Origin: the human T2T-CHM13v2.0 reference genome, Homo sapiens
Assembly (NCBI RefSeq): GCF_009914755.1
Contig: NC_060947.1
DNA: 64,000 bases
Direction: 5' to 3' (one strand)
Shown here: positions 1 through 16,139 of the stretch, one piece after another
Layout of the letters: each line of letters opens with the position of its first letter
Position numbering within the stretch: the first letter of the stretch is position 1
Position numbers and translations under genes: made by a program
The notes under the pieces: generated by a model
Database searches by the model: none
What the model saw: the letters and a program-made list of their open reading frames with translations, nothing else
Told to the model about the DNA's origin: nothing

Positions 1-231
1 CAGAGATGTCTGCCATGCACTCACTCTGTATTGTTGAATGAATGCACGCTCACATATTCACCATCACTAGCGTAGGTGTATCATAAAGGATTAATTCAAC
101 AGTGATTCAGGGAGAACCTTCCGTGCTTTCTCCACTTCTTCCCCTCCCTCATATCCAACCCAGCTTTAGACTGTGGTGTGCAGCCACTGGATACACAAGT
201 ACTAGATAGGTTTCACATGAAAAGGGGAGCT

Positions 232-876
<645 letters not shown>

Positions 877-1309
877 TAAAGCAAATCTGTTTTTAAATTC
901 AGGTGGTTACCTTGATTTGGTAGTTGGAGAAACCAGACTATGTAGATTAGACTTGGCAGCCTCTAACCACGCAAAAAGCTTTTTCGGGCTTCTCGAAATG
1001 TCCATACAATTTCCAGGGAAACTTGCCAAGAAGCCACATGTTAACATTGCCCAGGAGTCTTGCCAACTGTAAGGGGAGGATACCACCATGTAATAACCCG
1101 CTAATCATTACTAAATTAAAAATATAGTGGGTTTTTCACTAAGGCAACTAACTTTTTCATTGAGGCATTTATCTAATAGGGTGACTCATTAGTACCACTA
1201 TTTGTTTTATAAAGTTGAGTGATATCTGGTTACCTGGCAGTATTTGGAGTCAAGTGAATTTTGTGAATAAATGACCAATTGATACTTGGCCTTTAAATAT
1301 TAACATTTT

Positions 1310-1530
1310 TTCTTTCACATGTTTATTTCAATGTTTAATATTAGAAGTGTTTAGGAGTCTTTATTTAGAAGTTTGGTGATGTTTTTGTGACCAGAAATAG
1401 GCTGTAGGAATTTAACTCTAGTTAATACCAATTAGCCTGTGGTCAAATTGGTTTCCTTATGTGTTGTTTCACTTAAAGTTATAGTTTCCATGGAACTATT
1501 GAAAACGTTAGTGAGGACTTACTACTTACT
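1310..1530 (-). mobile_element. MER82-like TcMar-Tigger fragment
   Basis: Terminal gtttcacttaaagtt...gtttcc...aacgttagtgaggacttact resembles the MER82 end. Confidence 0.6.
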
Positions 1531-1589
1531 GTACCACTAACTGCAGGGACTACCTAGGTGTGGGTAGCCCTGATTTCAGACATGGACAG

Positions 1590-1725
1590 CTTTGAGTCTG
1601 ACTCGGGACTGCTATTTGCTGTGTCTCCTAAGGCAGGTTATTTGGGCTCTCTGAGCTTCAGTTTCTTCTTCCATAAAATGGGGGCAAAGCATTTGCCCTC
1701 TGGGTTGTTTTGAAGGCTCTAAGAT
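1590..1725 (+). mobile_element. MIR fragment
   Basis: Core ctctctgagcttcagtttcttc...ataaaatggggg. Confidence 0.65.
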
Positions 1726-1770
1726 TAGGTAAGGATCTTAGGTGAGTGTCTGCTGCAGAACAGGCACTCA

Positions 1771-2173
<403 letters not shown>

Positions 2174-2399
2174 TCCCTCTCTCCATGATTCCACTTCTGC
2201 TTCTGAGTTGCCTCCTTATTTTCCTTGTAGTTGGGTAGCACTGGAGGCTCAGCAGTGTAAAGACAAGGGCTCAGAGTTTATGATAACTGTTTTTCCTCAC
2301 TAAGCAACTGTTCTTTGCATTCTCATGATTTTGTGGCTGGGGAAGCGAAGTTGCTGGAAGTGAAATGTTACTAAAGAGAGATAACAGATTAGAGGAGAG

Positions 2400-2999
<600 letters not shown>

Positions 3000-3022
3000 G
3001 ATGTCATTCTCGTTTACTAATA

Positions 3023-3336
3023 CAGTCTTGCACCGAAATGATGGACTGCATATACACTGGTCGTCCCTTAACATTGTGATGCCATATTTTTACTGTACCT
3101 TTTTTATGTTTAGCTATGTTTAGACACACAAATACTATTGTGTTACTGTATTGCCTATAGTATTCAGTACAGATTTGTATCCTAGGAGCACTAGACTCTA
3201 CTGCATAGCCTAGGTGTGTAGTAGGCTGTGCCAGCTAGGTTTGTGTAAGCCCGCTGTGTGATGTTTGTACAGTGACAGCATTGGCTGACAATGCGTTTCT
3301 CAGAACATATCCTCATCATCAAGCAGTGCATGACTG
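3023..3336 (+). mobile_element. Tigger3a/MER7A-like TcMar element
   Basis: TA|cagtc...gactg|TA termini; internal tagcctaggtgtgtagtaggct and ttctcagaacatatcc. Confidence 0.85.
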
Positions 3337-3581
3337 TACAGCCAATGCTTTTGTGTCACACACTTTCATTATCGTTGCATTAGCTTGGCCACAAATCTGA
3401 AAATACTCTGAGTGTGTATAGAATTATACTGATTTCTAGGTGTGATGTCATAGTATTCTGGAACTTGGAAATTGTAGCACTCAGTGATGCTAGAGACTTA
3501 AAAAAATTCACATTATATGATTAGACTTTGTTTCATAGCTAGCAGTCACTTAATACTGGACAGATGTTAAGAATAGAAGTT

Positions 3582-3862
3582 GGCTGGGTGTCGTGGCTCA
3601 TGCCTGTAATCCCAGCACTTTGGGAGGCTGAGGCGGGAGGATTGCTTGAGCCCAGGAATTTGAGACCAGCCTGGGCTACACAGGGAGACCCTATCTCTAC
3701 AAAATATTAAAAACTATCTGGGCGTGGTGGCACATGCCTGTAGTCCCAGCTACTCGGGAGGATTGCTTGATCCAGGAGTTTGAGGCTGTGGTGAGCTATG
3801 ATCGCCATTGTACTCCAGCCTGGGTGACAGAGCAATACCTTGTCTCAAAAAAAAAAAAAAAA
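3582..3862 (+). mobile_element. Alu (AluJ-like)
   Basis: Alu consensus with an A17 tail. Confidence 0.93.
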
Positions 3863-4297
3863 GAATTGGACAAGTTGATTCAAGATCAAGATCTTCAGCC
3901 ACGTCTCAGCACCCTCGTACAAAACCTGGGAGGCAGTTGTCATATGTGTACCGACAGCTTTTGGATGTATATTTAAATGTGCGGGTGAACTTACTTTTGG
4001 AACAAAATGAAGTTTGCCCAAATTTCTGTGCTGTTTGGGTCTCGGATGGAAACTCTCAGAGCTCAGAGTCAAGGGTGGCATGGGCAGCTTGTCCATGTGG
4101 ATGCCTGGGAAAGTCCTTGCTTTTGTGGGGTCACGGACCAGTGGTGGGAGATGGGAAAGTGGGTGAAGCTAGTTAGAAAGAGGCAGCAGAAGACAGTGAA
4201 CAGTTCATACAGAGTTGGCTTCAGTGTATTGCTGGCAGCATGTGCCCAAGGCTGTAAAAGATCTTCCCATCCTTAGGTTCACAAATGCCACTAAAAT

Positions 4298-4475
4298 AGT
4301 GGTAACTCTCAGGCAGGTGTGACTGTGCCCCTTGGGACATTTGCACTGTCTGGAGACATTTTTTGCTGTCCCCACTTGGGGGGGATGGGGTGCGTCCTGC
4401 TGGCACCTAGCGGGTGGAGCCCAGGGGTGTCGTCCACACCTGCCGTGCAGTGTGGCCCCCCCATAGAGAGTGAGC
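4298..4475 (+). mobile_element. MER20 (hAT-Charlie)
   Basis: gggacatttgcactgtctggagacatttttt ... ctgctggcacctagcgggtggagcccagg. Confidence 0.7.
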
Positions 4476-5308
4476 TGCCCTGAGTCAGCAGAGCTGGGGC
4501 TCTGGCTCACACCTGCTCCAGGCCTCCAGCAGCGAGCTGTTCTCGTTGGCCCTTGCCCTTGTGGGTCTTCCGCTGCAGTGGTGGCAAATAGCAATCACTG
4601 AGCGTGTCACCACATTACAAGGTGCAAACTGGCAGGGTGAGGTTGGTGGGACTGTGTGGCTGGGTGGGTGACCGTTTTGTGGAGAGCGGCTGGAGAGGCC
4701 TTATTTTTCAGGTGCCTGCAGGAGGGGAGGAGGGAACCTGAGGTGTCTAGGGTCAGAGGCTTTCAGGGAGAAGGAGCTACAGGTGCTAAGATGAGAGCAA
4801 TGGGCCAGGAGGAGGATGATGGGGTCAGGCGGTGGTGGCAGCACCTCATGAGCCACTGCAGGGACTCCAGGTGTGACTCAGCAATTCTGTTGGGAGCTAT
4901 TCTGTTGGGAGACTTAACATTTCATTGAGGTCGCTCTGACTGCTGTGGGGGACTAGGAGGGCAGGAGCTGAAGCAAGGAGACTGGTTTAGGAGATGGCAG
5001 CTGCCCCCAGGGCTGAGCAGTGGTGGCTCAGGCCAAGGAGGAGGCAGTGGGGTGGCTTCCTGAGGACCTGGACCCTGCGATTTGGTCCTCTCTCTGCTTC
5101 ACCCCAGCTCCTGAGACCCTCCCTCAGAATCCTTGCTGGCTTGAGGAGTAAAGGGTTCTGCCAAAGTGGATATCAAGGCTGTCATGGGTGGATCAGCAGA
5201 GGAGCTGGGGTTTTTTCCCAGACTGCTTCTCAGTTTTGCTGCTGGGGCTATAAGGAATTCCGTGGAACAGGAAGTGTGCAGGGCATGCATGATGTGCCTG
5301 TTATTTTA

Positions 5309-5731
<423 letters not shown>

Positions 5732-8130
5732 CTAACGGCTGGGATGGTGTGGATCTAAAATGGTAGGGCTTGAAGTCCACGGTGGCCAACTCTACAGCGC
5801 TTTTAACACTTTTCCCCCAGGGGAACATTGTACGTTTTCTTCAGGAGCACTGTGACACTGTTTGGTTTGCCGTAGATAATACGGATTCAAAAGGCATTCC
5901 AGATACATCATTCTGTGATTGACCTGGCCGGGTTAACCCAAGATTGTCACCTTGTTATTCTCAATAGTAAAAGCCAAGGCTCTGAAAACCACCCCACTGA
6001 ACGCATATCATAAACCTCCAAAATGTCACCATGGACGTGGCATATTGACAAAAATGTCAAGGATTACCAAGAATAGCTTCTTGCATTCACATGTAGTTAC
6101 AGGCGAAGGACAGAGTAGCTCTTGCATTTAAAATGCGACTGCAGTGGCCAGAACCAATAATTCCTGTTTGAACAACTCCCGGCCCTCAGCTTTACCTCAA
6201 GGCTTTAGATAGACTTACTTTCAATTTTTGAAAAGGAACACATGTCCTTATTATGCTTTAGAATTACTAATAGAGATAATTCTCTTTGTTGTGCTATTTG
6301 CTACTCAGCTCCTTTTAAAAGATAGATGACACTGAAGTTTTACGTAAACACATGACTGATAAAATACTTGTTTTTCCTGAGTCATTGTCAGTGTCTCAGC
6401 TCTAAACCTAGTGCCAGCTCAGTAAATATTTGATGGAATCCAAAGTCTGCATTTTCTTAAGGTGGGCCAGTTTTTCTCTTGTTATATAAAGTAGAGAAAC
6501 ATACCACCTTCTTCCCATTTATTTAGGAGTGGTTAGTAGCCCTTCTCTCATCTGTTGGGGTGGTCATCCCTTTTCTGCATCAGTGAAAATAACACCCTAT
6601 CATTTCACTTCAAGCACAAATGCTACTTTTGTCTCATTTTTGGAGTTATAAAACCATGTGGATTAATCCCAACCAGGTGGTGGGGAGCCAAAGCTAAGCT
6701 GTTTCTTTCACCTCTGACCCGCGCGATTAGTTTGTGGAAGAACGCTCTCCAAACCCATAGGAAGTTCACAGACAGCTTGGATTCCTCAGAGGGTCTTCGG
6801 TATCGATTGTGTAGCAGAAAAAGCAAGCATGCCTCTGGGTCTTTCCTCTCTTCTCCATAGTCTTTTTTATGTCTAACTGGTGTTGGGTTGCTTTACCTCT
6901 CCACCCATAGTTAAAGAAAGTGAGTATCTTGGCATGTTCCAAACTACTGAAATAAATGAAAATCAGGAAATTTTCCATGAAGCAAACCAATGACATAATG
7001 GTACCTCAAGCACAGGAGTTACTGGAATTGGTTTTGTGAAGTGGTTGGCCGGTAATGTTTGCAAAGCTGGGAGGTGTAAGAAGTGGTTGGGTTTTTTTTC
7101 TCACCAAAAAGACAGCCCTACATTAAAGTTATAGTTCTCATATTAATGAATGGGTTTTAAAGAAACTGATGTTCTTCAGTTCTTTTTTTCCTCCCATGAC
7201 TTGCTATGAAAGTAAAGATGAAACAAAAGTATGACTGTTAGGCCATGAATCTGTTACTAATTAGGTCTTATGCTTACTGGGATCAAAAGATGGGATCAAA
7301 GTAAGAACTCTCCAGAAGCAAGAAAAAGAAGGTGCTGGGAAAAGGCGTCAATTGCAGCATAGTTTGTTTATAAATGAGCAAATGAATTGTATGTACAGCG
7401 ATCCTTCATAGTAACTACCTCTACTCCAGCGGAGGTGTTTAATAAAACAATGTCTTACCATCTCTGACCACTGTTACTCACACCTGATTTCTGGAATGCC
7501 TATAAGAACTCTCGACAATGAAAAGAATCGGAACATGATAGGCTTGAAGCCACAGGCATCATTTCTATTTTGAGGTCGGTCTTACTCCTTAGATTTCCCA
7601 CACGAATAAAAAACATTGGCCCATCTGCAGTCATGTGGCCGAGTCCTTCCTGCTGAATAACATCTCTAACCACAGATGGTAGCCAGCTCCAGGTTAGATT
7701 GTTCTTTCTTTTGTTGAGCTGCCCATGGCTCCAACTGAAGTTTACCTGCCCATCTGGTCTTGTTGGTACTCCTAAGAGCCCATTCATATTTGACCTTATT
7801 TGGTGTTCTTAATGAGCACACAGTGGTCTGCTGATTTGTGACCACCACTCTGTGGTTTGTTTGAAGACTATGCGGACTAAACTGTGTCCATCATTCTGGG
7901 GGCATGATTATGAATCCACTCACTGTTCTGGTTATGTTGCTCCTGAGTGCCTCATATCTGTGATGTAGCCATTACCTTCATTTTCTGAATGTCGCACATC
8001 TACTTACATTGTTTTAAAATGCACATTTTCTTTTCTAGGAAGAGGGAGCAGGCAGGAATGTTATACACTTTATCCATGATGAGTGTAGCAGCAGGTGAAA
8101 CCCTGAGGTGTTGGCCACAGAAGTGCTTAT

Positions 8131-8166
8131 ATATATATATCTCATATATATATGAGATATATATAT
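8131..8166. repeat. Perfect 36-bp AT-rich palindrome / interrupted (TA)n at an Alu tail
   Basis: atatatatatctcatatatatatgagatatatatat equals its own reverse complement. Confidence 0.95.
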
Positions 8167-8463
<297 letters not shown>

Positions 8464-8662
8464 TGAAGGTTGTGTATACATGTATACAGTATCCTAACCT
8501 GGTGCTTTTCAATCCTAGCTGCATTTTAGATTAACCTGGGAGCTATATATTTGTGTTTGTGCCATCCTAGGAGGTTCTGATCAGCAGGGCCCAGGAAGCC
8601 CCCTGACGTCCGTCTTTCCTCCATTAAAAAAATCAAGGTAAAATTAACATGACATAAAATTA

Positions 8663-8885
<223 letters not shown>

Positions 8886-9020
8886 TTAAACACTAACTAT
8901 TTTAAAGTGTACAATTCAGTGGCATTTGGTATTGTCACAGTGTTGTGCAACCACTACCTTTATCTAGTTCCAAGACATTTTCATCACCCCAAAAGAAGAC
9001 TGTGTACCCATTAAGCCGTC

Positions 9021-9080
9021 GCTGCCCATTTCTCCTTATCCCCAGCCTCAGCTGCCCATTTCTCCTTATCCCCAGCCTCA
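9021..9080 (+). repeat. Exact 30-bp tandem duplication
   Basis: (gctgcccatttctccttatccccagcctca)x2 with no mismatches. Confidence 0.97.
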
Positions 9081-9413
9081 GGCAGTTACTCACTATTCTA
9101 CCTTCTGTCTTTATGGATTTGCCTATTCATGCAGGAAATCTGAGGAGCGAGATCGATCTCAAGATAGAAATGATACCTGTGGCTTCAAGCCTATGATGTT
9201 CCAGTTCTGTTTATTGTAGAGAGTTCTGTTCTTACAGGTATTTCAGAAATCAGGCATTAATAATAGTGATCAGAGGTGGCGAGACATTGTTTTATTAAAC
9301 AATTCATGTTAATAGAATTATAGAATATATGCCCTTCTGTGGCTTCTTTCACTTAGCGCAATGTTTTCAAGATTCATCCATGTTATATTGTAACGTGTCA
9401 AATATTTCATTAC

Positions 9414-9581
9414 TTTTTTTTTTTTTTCTTGAGACAGAGTCTCACTCTGTTACCCAGGCTGGAGTGCAGTGGTGTAAATCACAGCTCACTGCAGCCTTGA
9501 CCTCCCAGGCTCAAGCAATCTTCTCGCCTCAGCCTCCTGAGTAGCTGAGACTACAGTTCCATGCCACCACTGTTGGCTAAA
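9414..9581 (-). mobile_element. Alu right-arm monomer (FRAM/AluJ fragment)
   Basis: Poly-T followed by right-arm consensus only. Confidence 0.85.
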
Positions 9582-9810
9582 CTTCATTCCATTTTATGGC
9601 CAAGTAATATTTCATTGTATGGCTAGGCTACGTTTACATTTTGTTTATCCGTTCATCATTTGGTGGACATTTAGGTTGTTTCCCTCCTTTTGGCTATTGT
9701 TAAGTGCTACTATGAAATACAGGTAGAAGTATTTGTGTCCCTGTTTTCAGGTTTTTAGGGTATATACCTAGGTGTTGGATTGCTGGGTCATATGGTAATT
9801 CTATGTGTAA

Positions 9811-10172
<362 letters not shown>

Positions 10173-10537
10173 GTGGCTGCACTGTTTTACTTTCCCACTG
10201 GCAAAAGTATAGGAGGGTTCCAGCTTTTCCATGTCCTTGCCAACACTAGTTATTTTGCATGTTTTTTTTTTTTTTGGCTTTTTAAAAAATGGCTAACCTC
10301 GTAGGTGTGAAGTGGCATATCACTGTGGTTTTTTAATGTGCATTTCCCAATGACTGATGAAGTTGGGCATCTGTTCATGTGCTGTTGGCCATTTGTATAT
10401 CTTTTTATTTTGAAAAATATCTATTCAAGTCCCATGCCCATTTGAAAATTAGTTTATCTTTTTGTTTCTGAGTTTTAAGAGTTCTTTATATATTCAGACT
10501 AGAATATATAAATGTTATAAATGTGACGAGAACATGA

Positions 10538-10868
<331 letters not shown>

Positions 10869-12658
10869 ACATAAATGAATTTCAAGTGGCATCCTTTTTT
10901 GAAAAGTGCTCCCAGTGGGTTCCATTAGCAACCAGGCTCAAGAATGGGACCAGCGATTCATTCCTTGGGGCTTCTTACAACACACCTGGGAAGCTTTCTT
11001 AAACATAGCCCCTGTCCCTCAAGCCACTCAGGTGATTCTGATAATACATCCCCACCCCAAAGGGAGCAAACGTAAAACTAATACATGGCAAAGCAGTTGT
11101 TAAGGTAACCGGTGACCTGACTGAACAGGTGACATCAAAAAGAGAATCCTATGTTCAAAGGGAAATTTTGAAAAAAGAAAAAAAAAAGAGAATCCAGTGG
11201 CTCTGTAGAGAATCAGCTGCCATCAGCTTCCTGCTCCCTGTTCCCGGAATGCCCTTGCAGAGCATTTGTGAAATGTGCAGTAGGCTGCCCTTTGTCCTGA
11301 TGGTTCATGTGACAGGGTGGCCCAGCCCCTCGAGGTGCCATCAAGACTTGTCATGTTGTCAGACCTCTCAGGAGGTGACACTTTGTCCACCTGAAGGGCA
11401 CCCTGGCATTCATGCGTAAGCCCTTGAACGGTGCAATGCTTAGTTCTGTGGGGACTCGTCTGGTCGGGAGAGCACTCTCAGTACTTGTTTGAAATGTCCC
11501 TTTAATCATGGCAATGTGGCATATTGAGGTTTTCTACCATGAAGAACAGTATCTTTAGCCTGCTTTGCCCCCACCCAAAGTACCCTTAATTCCAAAGGAT
11601 GGCTGAGGGCTGGGCTCAAAACTGAGAAAGTGGGATGGTTCCGGGGCTGTTGGTGGAGCTTTCTAATGAAAGAAGTTCTCCATCTGATAGGAAGCTGAGC
11701 ATGGGGGCAGGAGAGAGAGGGTCCCCAGGGTTTTCTGCCCCACAGGAATCTCTTATGAGGAAACCCCATCCATGGATCTGGGATCCACCCTGGTGGTTCC
11801 CTTGTTGCTTCTGGGTCCATAGGGGCGGGAGAGCCTACCGTATTCCACGTGAGTCGCTCTTCCTTCCTGTCACCTTCTGCACCAGTCCACAACCTGGACC
11901 CTCTTTCCCCACCCTTGTCTCCTGCTGGTCTAAAATGAGTTACTTATGTACAAACGTTGGGAAGAACATAGGGATTACTGAGACCAGATATTGATATGTG
12001 GGAAAAGAGAAGAAAAAATAGTGCTTCAAAGGGCTTCAGTTCCATATAAATGCATGTGTTTTCTTAAATTCCATGTCAGGGCAAAAGCTTTTTTATTTTT
12101 ATTTATTTATTTATTTTTTTTTTAGCAAAACATTTTTTTGCTGTGCATTTTCTATAGGATTATCTTATGTACATCATATTCAGTGTTACAGAGAAGAAGG
12201 CAAAGGAAAATCTGTTTCAGTCTCTTCGTCAGCCATACATGTCACACATTAGCACATGCTCTGTATACCAGTTTTAAAGATTGATTACTATTTCAAAACC
12301 ATCGCCTCCCTCCAAAAAAGGAGAGGCTGGGTCTGGTGTAATTGTTGCATTTTACTGTTTACTCCATGCAGAAGCACATCACGGTGAAATGTACTTAGTT
12401 TATGTATTTGGCTGGCATTTTTCTTTTCTCTCTTCTCTGCCAGACTTTATCGTGTCAGGGGTTGCCCTCAGTTATCCTGTTTCTCAGAGCTTTTCCTGCA
12501 CTTGGCAAATGGCAGTGCCCAGTCTTCCACAGCTGGGTGGATGAGTAATTATTTGATGACAGTTCTGAAGACACTTTCATCATTCAAGGTGGAATTCCTA
12601 GTTTGAAAAACAGATGCTGGTGAAAATTACTCATCATGTGCCCTCCATATATGGTTCC

Positions 12659-13509
12659 TGTTTACAGTATAGGAAAAAACAAACAATAAAGGCTTCACCC
12701 CAAGTCAACCAGATATGTGGGCATTTTCCTCACACACCAAGCAATTCTCCAGTGGATACCAACTGGCATCCTCTAATTCAACTCACTTCTGATACCGTCT
12801 ACCTAGAGTTAGAGTCAGATCCCACAGGTTAAGTTCCACAAGACTGCCACCCACTTCAAATGCCAGTCACAAGTAGTAGACTGTCACCCCTACTTCTGAC
12901 TGACCAGCTATGAATCAGGATCTCCACAACCCCCTCCTTGGTTTTGATTAATTTGTGAGGACTGCTTACAAAGCTCAGGGAGACACGTTCCCCAGTTTAT
13001 TGCGTGAGTAAAAAGTATGATAAAGGATACAGACGAACAGCCAGATGAAGAAACACACAGAGGCCTGGAAGGCTCCTGAGCACAGGAGCTTCTGTCCCTA
13101 TGGAGTTGGGATGCACACGGATGCGTCTGCCAACCCGGGAGCTCTCTGAACCCGGCACTTTAAAGGGATTTTTGTGGAGGTTTCATCACGTAGGCATGAT
13201 TGATTATTAACTCAGTCTCCGCCTTTCTCCCTCTCTCCAAGCCTCCAATCATGGCTTGGTCTTTCTGGTGCCCAGCCCCCATCCAGGAGCCCACCAAGAA
13301 TCACCTAATTAAAAAAGACCTCCCATCACTCAGGAAATCCCAAGGGATTAGGAGCTCTGTGTCAGGATTCCAGGGTCAAAGACGAAATATCAGAACAAAA
13401 GATGTACCTAGCACCCCTATTGCTCAGGAAATTCCAAGGGTTTTAGGAGCTGTGTGCCAGGACCCTGGAGCAGAAGCAAATATATTTCTTCATTTGCCAC
13501 AATATCACA
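12659..13509. mobile_element. MER21-like solo LTR
   Basis: tcagatcccacaggttaag, aaaggatacagacgaacagccagatgaag, duplicated ctcaggaaat(t/c)ccaagg...ttaggagct, ends tatcaca. Confidence 0.8.
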
Positions 13510-14517
13510 CTTCTGACCCTGCTCACCTGGAATCTTCCTTGTCCATTTAGATGCCAGGCACGTGGGGGACAGATGAATATTTACCTGTGAGCATCAGTCA
13601 TACAAGTGGTTCTAAACCTGGGCTTCCAGTTCGAATGTAGCATTTCAGAAATACTGCTGCCTGTGTTCCACCACAGACCAGTTAAGTCCCCATCGAAATG
13701 GCCCCTGGCCAGGGTGGAGATTCACTGGCTATGGGACTCCATCTTGCTCACAATAACCAGTGAATGTTTGTTGATCATTTCAACCCCTTAATGACCTTGG
13801 AAACTAGAAATGGGGTTTGTAAAGGGGAAAGAGGTGGAATAGCTATAAATGCCACGGTATTATTTTTATGGAATGGGAGTGGGAGTGGGGCGTGGGTAGT
13901 GAGGCTGGGGCTAAGGTTTGATGTTCTGCTGACCATAAAATAATTTGTATTTGTGTCGAGTAGCTTTCTCCTCTCAGCTCCCATGGCTGTGTCCCTGCCT
14001 TTGAGTGAATCTGTTGTGTAGTGGTAATTTGTTATGTATTTGGTCCCCCGGTGAGCTGAATTCCTTGAGGTTAACTCCTGGCACTGAGCATCTCAAATAG
14101 CTTTCCTGCAGTGAATATTTAAACAAATGAATAGCACTTTGCAGTTTTTTCACAGTGCTTTTCCTAGGGTGCGGTCCCCAAGCCCTCTCATCCTTAGCCA
14201 AGATTACATGCCCGAGGCTTGTGAGCATCATTTAGACCAAGCTTCATGCATGCCTTGCCTAGCAGGAGCTCTCTGTACATACCATCTGTTTGCCAGGAAG
14301 ACTGCCCACCTCTGTGCCTTGGCATGGTCATTACAGACAAATGCCCACTGGGGTTGGGCCTACAACCAGATGGCAAGCTGTCAGAGGGGTAACAGGGAGT
14401 GGTGGGGACTGTGGTGAACTAGCGAGCAGCCCCTTCTAAAGGGATGGCTCTAGTCAGCTTTAGCCAGTTACCGTCTTTGGGCACTGTAATCCCTATGTGC
14501 CAACCCTTCTGATTTTC

Positions 14518-14652
14518 TTTTTTTAATTTAAAACAATTTAAGGAAGATGGGGTCTCCCTATGTTGCCCAGACTGGTCTCGAACTCCTGGGCTCAAGTGAT
14601 CCTCCTGCCTTGGCGTCCCACAGTGCTGGAGGGAGCCACTGTACCTGTCCGC
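14518..14652 (-). mobile_element. FLAM (free left Alu monomer)
   Basis: Left-arm consensus only; TSD cttctgattttc on both sides. Confidence 0.88.
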
Positions 14653-15099
14653 TTCTGATTTTCAAGGGAGTTAGACATTCTGGGTTTTGAAATGAAATCT
14701 GAGTTTTAATGTTGGCAGCCCGTTGAGGTTTTGGTAGAGCACCCTAGGGCCAACACAGCAAACCAGGCAGAACACTTCTGCAGTGCAGGTGGCCCTGGGC
14801 AGCCTTGGAGTCATGTGGTTCCAGCTCTCGCCACCTGGCTTGCCCCTCTCTAAGGCAGAGAGGAGCAGAACTCAAAAAAATTCAGTGATGGCTGCACTTG
14901 TCCTTAGGGATCATGGGAAGAGGAGGCTATGTTAGATTCTGGGTAAAAGCTTCCTTTTAAAAAATGGCTTTTAGTTTTGTACACACACCACAATTCCACC
15001 CACTTCCCTACTGACAATTACAGCTGTATTGGGGTGTCTTCTCTAGTCTTTTTTCTTTTTGTAAAGAAAGAAACCAAAATGTGATTATATATCAAGTAA

Positions 15100-15392
15100 T
15101 TTTTTTTTTTTTTTTTTTGAGACCGAGTCTTACTCTGTCACCCAGTCTGGAGTACAGTAGCGCAATTTCAGCTCACTGCAACCTTCGCCTCCCAGGCTGA
15201 AAGTGATCCTCCCATCTTAGCCTCCTGAGTAGCTGGGATCACAGATGTACGCCACCATGCCTGGCTAATTTTTGTAGAGATGAAGTTTCGCCATGTCGCC
15301 CAGGCTGGTCTTGAATGCCTGAGCTCAAGCAATCTGCCTGCCTCGACCTCCCAAAGTGTTGGGATTACAGGCATGAGCCACCGTGCCCGGAC
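15100..15392 (-). mobile_element. Alu (AluJ-like)
   Basis: Poly-T plus dimer; TSD tcaa(g/a)taatttt. Confidence 0.92.
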
Positions 15393-15744
15393 TTCAAATA
15401 ATTTTATAGCCACCCTTTCTCCTAACGATTTAGCCAAAGTACTCCCAGGTTATTACAGTGTCTTATTTAGCATATTTTGAAAATTATCCCAGGTAGACCT
15501 CACCAACACAGGAGTTCTGGTTTTGTGTTTTTTTTTTCTCCATCCACAGCACCTAACGAGAGCCTCACATGTAGCCAGGTATTCAAGGACTAACTCTCGA
15601 TGATTGTTGCTATGCAGTAGTTTGTTGGATCACATCCTGAGCATTGGACATTGGCTTGTCTCCTTTTTTTTCTGCTATTATAAGTAGCACTGTGATGTAC
15701 CTGTTTATATGTGAAGCTCCTCACGTATTTTAGAGAATGATCAA

Positions 15745-15948
15745 AGGTGATACTATTAGCACTTGGGGCTGGGTAATTGTTTTTGTAGGGGCCGCCCTGA
15801 GCATTGGAGGATATTGAGCAGCATCCCTGGCCACCACCCACCCGATGCCAGGAACTCTTCTCTTCTGTAGTTAGTTATAACAAACAAAAGTATCTCCAGA
15901 CATTGTCAAGTATCCCCCGGAGGCAAAATGGTAGTTGAGAATCCCTGC
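15745..15948 (-). mobile_element. MER20
   Basis: gcagcatccctggcc...gatgccag, tctccagacattgtcaagtatcccc, gttgagaatccctg. Confidence 0.75.
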
Positions 15949-16139
15949 GCTAGTGTAATTAGTGGACTGTGAAGGGTGCCAAAGTCTTAAAAGATTTTAG
16001 ACCTTAAAGTATGTGCTGCTTGGGGAAAATACTCTAGTGAACGGTTGTCCACTGCCTCTGCCTGCTCCTTTGTTTCCGCCACACTCCTTCCCCTGAGGGC
16101 ACCGGGTTCTCCCACTGTTCTTGACACTGGAGCCGGGCT

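Noticed and set aside
6074-6160. Degenerate direct repeat tagct(t)cttgcatt with a spacing of about 42 bp
   Set aside because: Only two decayed units; an ordinary old tandem duplication, not an array or CRISPR-like structure.
5930-6670. 10-bp palindromes gggttaaccc and ggattaatcc
   Set aside because: Palindromes of this length are expected dozens of times by chance in 64 kb.
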